A stretch of 63,496 nt of DNA, the filler included, from Collodictyon triciliatum (Eukaryota), in the NCBI GenBank assembly GCA_043381765.1. It is 11 parts of 11 records of this genome, joined end to end, with 100 filler letters (N's around TTAATTAATTAA, not from the genome) between each part and the next. Parts side by side here need not be neighbours in the genome. Positions count along the whole stretch, not along the records: positions 29,552 to 35,357 come from JBHJMP010004928.1; positions 35,458 to 41,260 come from JBHJMP010004929.1; positions 41,361 to 47,162 come from JBHJMP010004930.1; 8 more parts are not named here. One strand, given 5' to 3'. This document shows positions 32,677 to 44,500 of the stretch, one piece after another. The position numbers and the translations under genes are program-made. The notes under the pieces are model-generated. The model saw nothing but the letters and a program-made list of their open reading frames with translations. It had not been told where the DNA came from and did not search any database. Numbering within the stretch: position 1 is the first letter of the stretch; the number at the start of each line of letters is the position of its first letter.

Positions 32677-32802
32677 TTTTTCTTTTTCTTTTTCTTTTTC
32701 TTTTTCTTTTTCTTTTTCTTTTTCTTTTTCTTTTTCTTTTTCTTTTTCTTTTTCTTTTTCTTTTTCTTTTTCTTTTTCTTTTTCTTCTTTTTCTTCTTTT
32801 TC
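32677..32802. repeat. (TTTTTC)n microsatellite about 60 nt upstream of the RMND5 ATG
   Basis: Tandem hexamer; gives polyK/KR pseudo-ORFs. Confidence 0.9.
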
Positions 32803-33279
32803 TTTGTTTTTTTAATCTTCGTTTGCCCATTTATTAGAATCGTGTCCTTCGGCAAAACATATCTATATATGGAATCTTAATATGGAATTTATAATTTAGT
32901 AGAATTTTAATTATATTTGTACCCTTAATTTTATTATCAATTTATTTAAAATGCTAATAGTATACAATAATAATTAAAAATAGAGACAAGATTCAAGAAA
33001 TCTAGCCTCAAACCCGTGATATGCACATTTTCGCTCAATGGCCCCTATGACATACCCAACACACTCCACTTTCAATGAGAAAATTCCGTTGGGCCTCGTG
33101 CAAATTAGGAAACTCCAACGGAATCATTTTCCAATTTGGATGTCGAAAGACTCTTCCCCGTTTCGCCTCCAAAGCAGTTCTCCGCAACCAATCACAACAA
33201 ACTTGTGCCGAGTGTACAACAAGACAAAAGACAAACAAATCTGCCGCGGAGCCGAATGGCGATGCGCGCAACAAAGCCG

Positions 33280-34225
33280 NNNNNNNNNNNNNNNNNNNNN
33301 NNNNNNNNNNNNNNNNNNNNNNNNNNNNNNNNNNNNNNNNNNNNNNNNNNNNNNNNNNNNNNNNNNNNNNNNNNNNNNNNNNNNNNNNNNNNNNNNNNNN
33401 NNNNNNNNNNNNNNNNNNNNNNNNNNNNNNNNNNNNNNNNNNNNNNNNNNNNNNNNNNNNNNNNNNNNNNNNNNNNNNNNNNNNNNNNNNNNNNNNNNNN
33501 NNNNNNNNNNNNNNNNNNNNNNNNNNNNNNNNNNNNNNNNNNNNNNNNNNNNNNNNNNNNNNNNNNNNNNNNNNNNNNNNNNNNNNNNNNNNNNNNNNNN
33601 NNNNNNNNNNNNNNNNNNNNNNNNNNNNNNNNNNNNNNNNNNNNNNNNNNNNNNNNNNNNNNNNNNNNNNNNNNNNNNNNNNNNNNNNNNNNNNNNNNNN
33701 NNNNNNNNNNNNNNNNNNNNNNNNNNNNNNNNNNNNNNNNNNNNNNNNNNNNNNNNNNNNNNNNNNNNNNNNNNNNNNNNNNNNNNNNNNNNNNNNNNNN
33801 NNNNNNNNNNNNNNNNNNNNNNNNNNNNNNNNNNNNNNNNNNNNNNNNNNNNNNNNNNNNNNNNNNNNNNNNNNNNNNNNNNNNNNNNNNNNNNNNNNNN
33901 NNNNNNNNNNNNNNNNNNNNNNNNNNNNNNNNNNNNNNNNNNNNNNNNNNNNNNNNNNNNNNNNNNNNNNNNNNNNNNNNNNNNNNNNNNNNNNNNNNNN
34001 NNNNNNNNNNNNNNNNNNNNNNNNNNNNNNNNNNNNNNNNNNNNNNNNNNNNNNNNNNNNNNNNNNNNNNNNNNNNNNNNNNNNNNNNNNNNNNNNNNNN
34101 NNNNNNNNNNNNNNNNNNNNNNNNNNNNNNNNNNNNNNNNNNNNNNNNNNNNNNNNNNNNNNNNNNNNNNNNNNNNNNNNNNNNNNNNNNNNNNNNNNNN
34201 NNNNNNNNNNNNNNNNNNNNNNNNN
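33280..34225. other. Sized intra-scaffold gap (946 N), distinct from the linkers
   Basis: Uninterrupted N run without the TTAATTAATTAA spacer. Confidence 0.95.
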
Positions 34226-34425
34226 GGTAAATTTTGAGACAAGCTATCGCATCAAATAAAATCAAAGTAAAGCAGAACACATTGAACAATTTGAGTGTCA
34301 TTTGATTCTCCTCTTGTAGGGGCTTAATCAAGAAGAAAGCCCAACCGCTTTATTTACTCTTGTTTTCTTGCAATATAGCGTCAAACATATTGGAATGTTA
34401 ATGAAATAACGAAAGAAATACAAAC

Positions 34426-35216
34426 TGAAGTTCTTTCCATATTGCTTTTGAGATAGTCTTCTAAAACTTGAGTTGGTAAGCGCATATCAGACCAGAATTT
34501 AAGAATCTACAGCGTGTTAGAAAATATGTATATGTAGACGAATAAATCGATTAAAGTCTCATTACTGTGAATTGGCAACACCACATGAAGTTTTGATAAA
34601 CATTATTTATTTCCTAATAAAATGCATGGTAGACAAATGCATCTTTATTTGACAATACAGTGAATAACCAGAACCTGTAAGAGAGTTTGAATCTTCCCCT
34701 GCAAGCTTTTAGTTCTGTACAAAAAGGAGAAAATAGAATCCAGATTTTCGGTTGTGATGGACTCCTCTTCTGCCAATGACTCTCTGTTGATTAAACGCAA
34801 CTTGCATTCAAGAGCCTCTGGCCAATCTCCCATCAGTTCGTATATCTAATAGCAACAAAGCTTTAATTAGCAAATAGTTAACTAAATCATAAACAAACAA
34901 ATGAAGAAATAAAATATAGCATAAATGAGGGATAAATCGAGAAAAATTATAAAGACAATACAAGAGACATATTACGCTATTGTGCAAAAAGCAAGAGACC
35001 ACGAAAACGATTTCATCAGAGGAGAATCCAAAGAATATACGAATAGTTGTTCACTTTCAAGACCAAATTACATGTTTATTTATGAATGATATGTTACCAC
35101 AGAAGCGGCCGACCAATTTTCCCAATCCACGCAATGACGCAAAATAACACTGGGGCGATAGTACTTAAAATGATCTCTGAGACAGTCTTCTAACGTCTCT
35201 TGTCGATATGAGTATT
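34426..35216 (-). CDS. Internal exons of an unidentified alpha-helical repeat protein (partial)
   Basis: Three phase-consistent GT-AG exons: YSYRQETLEDCLRDHFKYYRPSVILRHCVDWENWSAASV|IYELMGDWPEALECKLRL...KIQTLLQ|ILKFWSDMRLPTQVLEDYLKSNMERTS. Confidence 0.65.
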
Positions 35217-35269
35217 CTTTGGAAGGATATTTTTTGGATTATCAGAAATTGCCGAATAATAATAATAAC

Positions 35270-35357
<88 letters not shown>

Positions 35358-35768
35358 NNNNNNNNNNNNNNNNNNNNNNNNNNNNNNNNNNNNNNNNNNN
35401 NTTAATTAATTAANNNNNNNNNNNNNNNNNNNNNNNNNNNNNNNNNNNNNNNNNNNNAAGAAAGAGGAACTGGCACCCCACAATCACCTTGTCGTGAACT
35501 TGATGCACTTTGGTTAAAATATCAATTTGTTTTTTTTTTTTGGTTTATTTTGCATTTAATCAAATTCATCCAATTCTTGCTTTTATGCTGACTCGCCCTT
35601 TTCCTGAGCTTTTGGTTGTGTGCAGCGTGTTTCTCTTCGGACGAATAAATGGCAACGCAGACACAAAAGAGAAACAACCAAGCGATGCGCTGAGGATATA
35701 TTTCACGATATTTGACAATTCTTTTTTTATTTATGCTTTTTCCTTTGCTTGGTTTCTGGACAGACTTT

Positions 35769-38700
35769 CTATATCTTTGATTCTGTAACAGAAACATATG
35801 AACTTCCGGGTCGAAGTTGTCTGGATTACAATTTGTAATGAGCAGATTTCATATGCCACACATTAACAAAATAGTGCTAAACCCACGGAAATAGCATGTT
35901 CATCTAAATACAAAGCAAAACAAAGCAAAGCAAAACAAAACAATACAATACAATACAATACAAAACAAGTGGGCATTCATCTTTCTATTTACCTAGAGCC
36001 CGACGAGATAGATTGTTTCAGCATGTGATTAGCGGACTGGCTATCCACCACCCGAGCACGTCTTCTATCCGCGCTACAATTCAAGTATTTTAAGTATCAT
36101 TAAGAAATACGAACTCAAAAGGAAATAAATTCACTTCCACAAATGTTAAACAAAAAGGATGCTTTATTTATACGCGACGGAATATATTTGTAATTTACCT
36201 TGGGTTTGGGTGCTCATCCATGTCTTTTGAGGCTCCCTTTCTCGAGGACTTCTCTGATTTGCATTCGCTGCGTGGCGAGTGGTTTGCTTCGTGTGATTGG
36301 TTGAGAGACTGTAGGGATGTGTTTTCTGTTTTATAGTTTGTGCCGGTCTCAACTTCCGTGTTAATTTGAGTTGCTCTCTTTTGTTGGGGTGCTTTGTCGG
36401 ATTTCTTTTGAGGAGAGCGGAATCTTTCAGCAGCATCTTGCAATTCTGCAATCGATCCAGTCAGTTGAAAAGGGGTTATTGATTGCTACTTTGTTTTTAA
36501 AAAAAATCGCCAATAAACAAATACATTATGATATACGACATCAATAATGTGCTCTTGATACCGGTGAGAAAAGAGTTTTTTTATCGAACTATAATATTTT
36601 TCCTATTTACTTTTAAGCTTTGATGTAGTAAGGAAAACCTTTCCAGTGCCTGTATTTGAGAGAGAATTGAGCTTTTGAAAGAGCCGCAAATGTTTGAGCT
36701 GCATATGACGGTTTTGAAGCCTCTCTTCCATTCAGGTCGGCTACTAGAGACTTGACATGACTCTAAAATTCGATTCAATTTTAAGGACAAATTACAGAAA
36801 AGGAAAGCAAAACATAGAACCAACGAAAAGGACCATTATCATTTTTATATATTTTTGTCATATTTTTCTTTTTTACTTCCTATTTCTGCTTTTTCTTAAA
36901 TATTGTATCCACCTGTATTTTAAGAGGTGGTTGACTAACTTTGGATGGCGTTTTGCCTCGAGTAGATTTTGTGCTCTGTCATGTAAATTGGAGCGATATA
37001 TTTCACATTAATTTAGGTTTTTCCGTTTGTTTGTTTGTTTTTTTTAAAAAAAAAAAAACTTTCAAGAAAAACAGTGACTTATGCATCCAACATGTTATTC
37101 TTAATTTTACCGGGGCTGGCTGGAGGGAGGGTTTGCCGGGTGCAGACGAACTTCTGTTCGGGTGTGATTTAGGTGCGTCCTAACAAAACGATTCAACACA
37201 CAGAAACACATCGTTCATTTACAAACACAAATGGATTTGTCAAAATTTGAATCACTTCGATAGAAATGAGGCGTATAAATATATTTGTCCTATCTAGCTC
37301 ATATGTGTGGTGCAATTACATAACCATCATGATATTAGATGGATACATACCTTTTTACTCACTTCATTTGACTCATTCTTTTTCATTCCTTTCTTCAATT
37401 CTGCGATTTCCTCATAAAGATGTCCTGTAAAGCAAGAGGGAGTGTAACTTTATCAGATTGAGGAAAATTGGTATCCATAATTAATTTTCACGCAAGATGA
37501 AAAAGAAATAGTAAAATTTGATAGTGGAAATAATGCTTACTAATCATAGCGTCACGTTGGTCCTCCAAAGTATTGTCATACTGTTCTTGAACCTTATCTG
37601 ACTCTGCGACCTGGTTCACACGAGGCTCTTCCTGTCGCATAGGCTTTCCTGGGCTCCGCAACATTTTATCAAATACACCACCGTTCGAATTATGGTATAT
37701 GTGTGCTTGCGTACTGTTTTCTTTTGAATACGTTACGCAAAAGGAGATGAATGGGTATAAATAAGTAAATGTGTAGAGGTAAAAACGCGATTTAGAGAAG
37801 AGCCAAAAACTGTGACTAATGACGATATACCTTGGATATTTGCGTGGGATTTATTGCCCTGGCGTTTCATTGGTGGGCGTGTGTACTGGACAGGTTCGAT
37901 GTGAGCGTCGGTTGAACCCACGGGTAGAGTTCCTTGTGTTGTGTGAATTTTCGAATTTGTTTCTTGGCCCCATCCAACTCTTCTTTGTCTTCCTGTGATA
38001 ATGAAGAATACATTATAACTATACATAGCTCCAATATTCTCAGATAACATAATTATTTAAGTGTGAAGTCATTACCCAAATCAGTTGATTGGAATATATG
38101 TTGCTTCTTCGCTGAAATTTGGTGTGTCTACTTTGCCTCGATTAGTTTATGAATATAATCTTGGATTTTGTATTATTATGGGCCCGAGGCTGCAAATATT
38201 CTCGACGCAGAATTGATTTGGTATGTATTTGTGTCGAAAATTCAACATGAAACGGCACCTTGTGCACTAAGCGCTGGATATGGGGAATAATAGCTGCGCC
38301 TAGGCATCTAATGCGGATATCTACACGTACAGTAGCAACTTGTCGCCCCTGAATTGCATCTCAAAGTCATATCGTGCAACTCAAAATTGAAATATGGCTC
38401 TTTAAACATTATCTCTCGCCCTCGTACCATGAGGTTTCCTAGCGGAAAATCTTCGTCTATATGCACCATGTATTCACCTCCCTTCAAAGTCATAAAAATA
38501 ATGTGAACTCGCAATATAACATGTTGTGTATATCTGTGTATTGATTTTTTAGGGTAGAATTTCCAGCAAACCTTATCGATAACCGTAGAAACGTCAATCC
38601 CTACACTTCCCACCAAACGGTGCTTGCTCGGGTCTGTTGTATCAATCAGCATGACGTAGAGGGGCGTAGCGTGTAGGGAGTCCGTCAGGTGTCCTTTTCA

Positions 38701-41046
38701 TAATTGAAGTGAATTGTAAGAAAATGCGTACATAAATTGTAGATATTAGAATAAGTTGTGCTCAGTGCTAACAGGAATGAAAAAAGATTCAAGCAATCAG
38801 ATTGTGAACTGAAGCAACACCTATATTCGATCGGAATAGACAAGATTTTCCCCTTTCAAAACTAAATGCGGTTGTGTCATGGGAGTTTGCCCCAATCTCT
38901 TGTTCATGCTAAACCATAGGAAAGAGATATATTAAATAAATATTTTATTTCTATACCACTCTTTTACATACAAATTATCCAAATAGCTCAAAACTGTTTA
39001 TGTCAGCATACCTCGAGTTTGTTGGATTGAATTATGACAGCTGGGAAGTCTAATAATTGTACAGCTACGGCTGGTGTTCGGGAAATAACTGGCGCGACAT
39101 CCAATTTGTGAATAAAAGCTTCGAATGTGAACCTATTTGTAATCCAGTTTATATCACGTTTGGAGGGAGAAGAATCGATATGAATGAAAATGTATATTAC
39201 AAAAGAATATCAAACATTTCCCCTCCATCAACATCAGGAACATCCACACCCATGAATACATCACCCAAATCTTCATATGCTTGGTTGATTTCTTCATTCT
39301 CAAGGTCCGCCTATAACATATACATATATTTGATGATAAGTTCTTTGAGCTGAATAAAGGGGAGGATGTATGTAATCACAGACTATATAAATTTTTATCA
39401 TATAATGCATTAATTCCTCATTAAACGCCCATTTCTCTTCTATTTTATATTTCATGTTTAATAGAGCATACTTGCAATGCTATGCTATTTCCTATGGATA
39501 CTTGAATTCCTTCACTCTTGTGAAACTGTTTTTGACGCCTAAAAGTTGAAGTTAATGGTCATTACCCCGCTTCAGGATGCGATTGCAAACTTTTAACGAA
39601 ATAAAGTGTTTATGTTATAGTTGAAATAACTAGGAGAGAAAGAAAAGAAAAGAAAATATACTAACGAGTTTGTGCGGTTTTGAAATTCTATGAGACCCGG
39701 CTGATTTGATGGATTCTTTTATGATAAATGTATATTAATCGTCACAGTTATTCTATAAAGAAAAATTATGTGCAAAATAAAAACAATGATATGATGGCAT
39801 TCGTATTGAATCCTGTCTATGAGCTAATAATGTAACTGTTTTATAACGAATGAGACGTGAAGAGAAATTCATCCATTAAACCACAATATTCACTCATACC
39901 TGAACATCCATAGATGCATCTGCACTTGTACTTGGATGTGCATTTTGATGATACTGGTTCAGAATCTTGTCCGATTGAAGTTGAGGCAGCGGGGAATAAG
40001 GAAGATCGCTATCGTCTCCTAAAGAAGAGACTGGTAGCTGCTTCAAAGCTGGTTTATTGTCATTTCTATTCATAGCTACGTTATTACTCTCATATCCTTT
40101 TGAGTGTGTTGTGTGAATTCCTGGTTTTCTCAAGGACTCTGCAGAGGATGAAGACAAAGACGATATGTCTGTCAAATTCATCGTAGAGTGAGTCGTATTG
40201 GGCGATTGCTTCGGAGGCTTTGTCTTTATTTGAGGACTATCATGATAAACTTCTGGCTCTACTCTTTTTGACACTTGGTTTGATGAAAGAACACTGTTTG
40301 CAGGCAAAATGGTGGTCTGCTTCTAATTTATAGCCAGGTTGAAATAGAATGGGTTTAGTTGTTCCGTCATCGCCACTTTAATGAAAATTAAATTAAACAC
40401 AAAAATTGATGATCAGATTTTCACACAAATATCAAGTATAGTCATTTTACTGGTTATGACACCCCTGCTGTTTCATTTTTCTGCTATTGTCTTTTCTTTT
40501 TCTTATTTTTTCCGTTTATTTATTCCTTAAAATATGTTAAATATGGATTGAAAATAAATATTATTAACCTGAAATTGCTGATGTTGGTTTGAAGGTGGAG
40601 TATGTGTAGACGATGATGTCGAGGTGGATGAAGGGTGATCGATTACAACTGGAGTTTTCACAGGGGTTTGTTTACCAATCTTCTGCGGTGTTGTAATGCT
40701 TGATTGATGATTAACCCTGTTTGTGATCGAGGATGATGAAGACTCGCTGCCTAGTTCATCGCCTTTGTATGCAGATACTTCAACGCGACTGCTCTGTGCC
40801 TCACTTTCAAAGTCATCATCTTGGTAATTTGTGCTCTCTTTGAGGCTCTGACCTCTCCCATCGTCCTCATCATCGTCATCATCATCGTCATCATCATCGT
40901 CCTCTTCCCGCGTAGATTCCAATGCAAAGCGTGCTTTATCAGTCCTTGTAATGACACCACCTCCATGAACTCTGTCGTGGTGGTTCGGTCGTGTTGGTGA
41001 AGATTGTGAAAGCGACTCGAAGTCATCGTCTTCGATGTAACTTTCC
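35769..41046 (-). CDS. MAP10: MAP10-like (HPHLAWLY/C2-like domain) protein with acidic and Ser-rich disordered flanks; 5' end truncated
   Basis: Exons at about 38570-39132 give FTFEAFIHKL..TPAVAVQLLDFPAVII...FSFERGKSCLFRSNIGHLTDSLHATPLYVMLID...RLVGSVGIDV, matching the MAP10 pattern PAVAFRLLDFPTLLV...FGRGKSCLF...LLRTPL. Stop TAG 35769-35771. Confidence 0.7.
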
Positions 41047-41197
41047 TAATGTTTTACGTGGACAGGGTAAACAAAATGGACTGGAACATAAATGTGTCCA
41101 TCATGGTGTTGTGTTCATTTATTTTTGTTTTTTGTTTTGGTTTTCTTTGTTTTGTTTTTTAGTTTTTTAGTTTTTTTTTGTTTTTTTTGTTTTTTTT

Positions 41198-41260
<63 letters not shown>

Positions 41261-41360
41261 NNNNNNNNNNNNNNNNNNNNNNNNNNNNNNNNNNNNNNNN
41301 NNNNTTAATTAATTAANNNNNNNNNNNNNNNNNNNNNNNNNNNNNNNNNNNNNNNNNNNN

Positions 41361-41463
41361 TGTTTTGGTGTTTTGGTGTTTTGGTGTTTTGGTGTTTTGG
41401 TGTTTTGGTGTTTTGGTGTTTTGGTGTTTTGGTGTTTTGGTGTTTTGGTGTTTTGGTGTTTTG
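41361..41463. repeat. (TTTTGGTG)n octamer repeat at contig end, within an intron
   Basis: Perfect 8-nt tandem repeat following splice donor at 41531 on the minus strand. Confidence 0.9.
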
Positions 41464-41531
41464 AGAATGCCTCATGTGTCACTTTCGGATATTGTATTAT
41501 CACAACCAATAATAATTAAAGAATACATTAC

Positions 41532-44500
41532 CATGTTGAGCTGGTGCATCTCCAGGTTAAATCCTGTGTCAACCAACTTGAATTTCTTCCATTCGTAATC
41601 ATTTGGCACTAATGCGCCAGATACTGCGTCAAATTTGGCTCTGCTTTCATGGCCATTTCTATTGATAAGAGAGTGTAGTTTTTATATATTTTAAAAGATA
41701 TTATTGCAAAAAATGTATATACTCCTGTCAATTTTTTTAAGAAAAAAGGTAATTAGAACTAGAATCGATATCAAAATTTACAAGAATCTGAATAATTATT
41801 GAAATAATTCCTCATTTATCGAACAAAATAAAAAAATACGATTGAGAATCTTTGGCTGACGTTTTCACTTTCTTTTGTTGAGAGGTTCTTTTTGTATAGC
41901 GACTCGGTCTCGTTCTTACAACCTCATTACTTTCTGATAAAACTGGGTCCAATGATTCGTTTATGCTACTTATCTGTCCGAGAGAAGGAATGATTTCACA
42001 GTTCAACAAGTCTTCCTCAAAAGGTTCCGTTGGTGTCATCCTTTGGAGCCTCTGTTTGGCTGTTGTTCCCTTGGCCCCACTCCCATCAATTTTGATTTCA
42101 TCGTCACCCGTGGATATGTCCAGATTTCTGACAGCTGGTGCATTTGATGGGTTCTGGTGCATAGAACCATCGGCATATTAGTAAAATTTAACTCATGATT
42201 ATATTCCAAAAATTCACATCGATAGAATATCCACTACAAGACGACAGAAAAAACCTTATCTATGGGCCTCGTGGAAAACCGGATTATGTATATGTTTATG
42301 TTCGAGTGTGATATCTACAATATTCAGGTTTTGTGTTTGTGCTTGAACGTCGTGAAACAAGTGTCATTTTAAAAAAAAAAATATTTACGTGTGCATTGAA
42401 TAAAGAGAAGATTATTTCATATTGTTCAGTTATTGATATCTTATATATTTACTAGAAAAAAATACAGGGCAACTTACCTGCTCGATAAGGACATTTTGAT
42501 CATGTTTTTGGTAGTGAGAGAGGATTTCACCAGTAAATTTACTATTACAAATCTTGCAAACGAAGGACGTATGTTTGCTAATCTATTCGCAAGGAGGCAA
42601 GAATAATGGCCCAGTAAGTAATCTGCAAATATACTGAATAGCAATAACTTAGAACATAATGACCTGTAAAAATATAATTCGAAAAGACTGAGCGAATCAA
42701 AAGAATGAATTGACCTTCTGTTGAGAGCCGAAGTATACAAAACATTTATGGACATATTTTTTTTCATCTGTTTGAAGGCTAGAAAGGGTACTGTTTAAAA
42801 AAAAAAGTGTGACCTCAATTTAAATTCAGTAATTAGTATTGAGGTAACAAAAGTACACAAAAATAATTTTAATGCTTCCTTGATGCAGTAAAAAAAAAAA
42901 AAAATTAACCTTGAACCCAACATCGATTTTTCAGAACTTGTTTCATTTCTTAAGTCGTACGGGATACCGGACAGATTCACAAAATTTTCTGTAAGGTGAT
43001 TAATATGCACAACCAACGATTCAAACTCAATCTCATGCTTCTGAATTTTTGCCATGAAACTCTATGATAAGAAAAAAAATTGACTTAGCGCGTGAATGTA
43101 ATTGCTCACCACATATCTTTTCAGTCGACACAATACAAATGAATTTTTCATATCATTTTTACAATTATGTATTCGTTTTAGAATAAGAAGAAACCCTCTC
43201 GAAAGGAGATGCCAAATCCCCATTGCTGGATAACATATCAACATACTCCAGCTGTAATGTTGATGTGACTTCATGTTCCTTTATAGTGTGCATTGGATTA
43301 TACAGAATAGATCCACACGAAAATACGTCGGGAAGAGCATCTGAGGCCTTTTCTTTAGATTCTAATGTCGATAATACCTCAATTTTGCTGTATCGAATCA
43401 AACATAACGTTTTTATTTTTAGATTAAACTTCATAAAGTTTGTTACGTTTTCAGGTCAAGAAATCAATACTGAATAATTAAATGATTCGCCTCCTTTTTA
43501 CCACCGATAAAGAAATATAGAGAAAAGTTTAGGGGATCGTTGCAGTTCTAATCTGAAGTATATGGTATAGATTACCTTCTGTTTGATGATAGTACTCACA
43601 TACCATGAGGATTTTTACTTTGGATAGCTCATGTCGCTGAATGTACCAGTCGAAATTCAATTCACTCGGAATTTCTTGAATCCGAAAAGTAATTGGAGTG
43701 TGGAAGCTCACATTTTCTCTTCGCTACGAAATCAAAGATATATGGGAGATGCATGAGTGAGAAAAGTACTTTATATTATTTCATTTGCAAAGTATCGACT
43801 CATATACCGAGGAAGGGTCATAGGTGAAGAACATCATCGACATTTTCAGAGAGCCTTTCATGGCTCTTTGTTGGCAGTCAGATTTAAAATCATCTATCCC
43901 AGGAAGATAAATATTGATTCTACGTATATAAGGAGAAGAAAAAAAAAAAGAGAGCGTGTGTGTGGTTGATTTTGTTAATAAAACATGATGATAGATAAGC
44001 AAAATCGAAAAATATTTTCATCGTAGTTCATACTAACAGTAAATGGTTACCTATATCCACTGTGATGGAGTATACTATGGACTCTGTATAAAAGTAAAGT
44101 AAGCACTTAATTATCAAAAAAAAAAAAAAAAGCAGGAAGAAAGTAATTATCATCGGAAAGGTATTTAAAATTTTGACCCATTCCATGAACTTTGACTCTT
44201 GGGCTTGAATATTATATCAAATCATTAGTAGTATAATAGATATAGGTAATGGATGCATCATAATTATTATATATTCATTTATGTAAAAAAAAAAAAAACC
44301 TTGTAGTTTTTTATCGATGGTGGTGTCTTTGGATGTCTTTGACTTGCTGCATCCTTTGTTTAAAATGAGATTCAATTGCAACTCATTACACCTTTTTTTG
44401 GGTCCAAGAAAATAATTTATCATCCTTTTTTATTATTATTTTTGTGTATCGTGATTGATGGTAATTTTTTTAAAAAAAAAAATGGAATACCACCTCATAG

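Noticed and set aside
33038-34331. Long ORFs of 364-399 aa
   Set aside because: Almost entirely N-gap read-through.
17941-41046. CEP57 and MAP10 as a centrosomal cluster; WDTC1, RNF213-like and RMND5 as a ubiquitin cluster
   Set aside because: The genes lie on different, arbitrarily joined contigs.
41361-41463. (TTTTGGTG)n as a T4G4-like telomere
   Set aside because: Lies in an intron of an unfinished gene, has the G-rich strand pointing away from the contig end, and appears at no other end.
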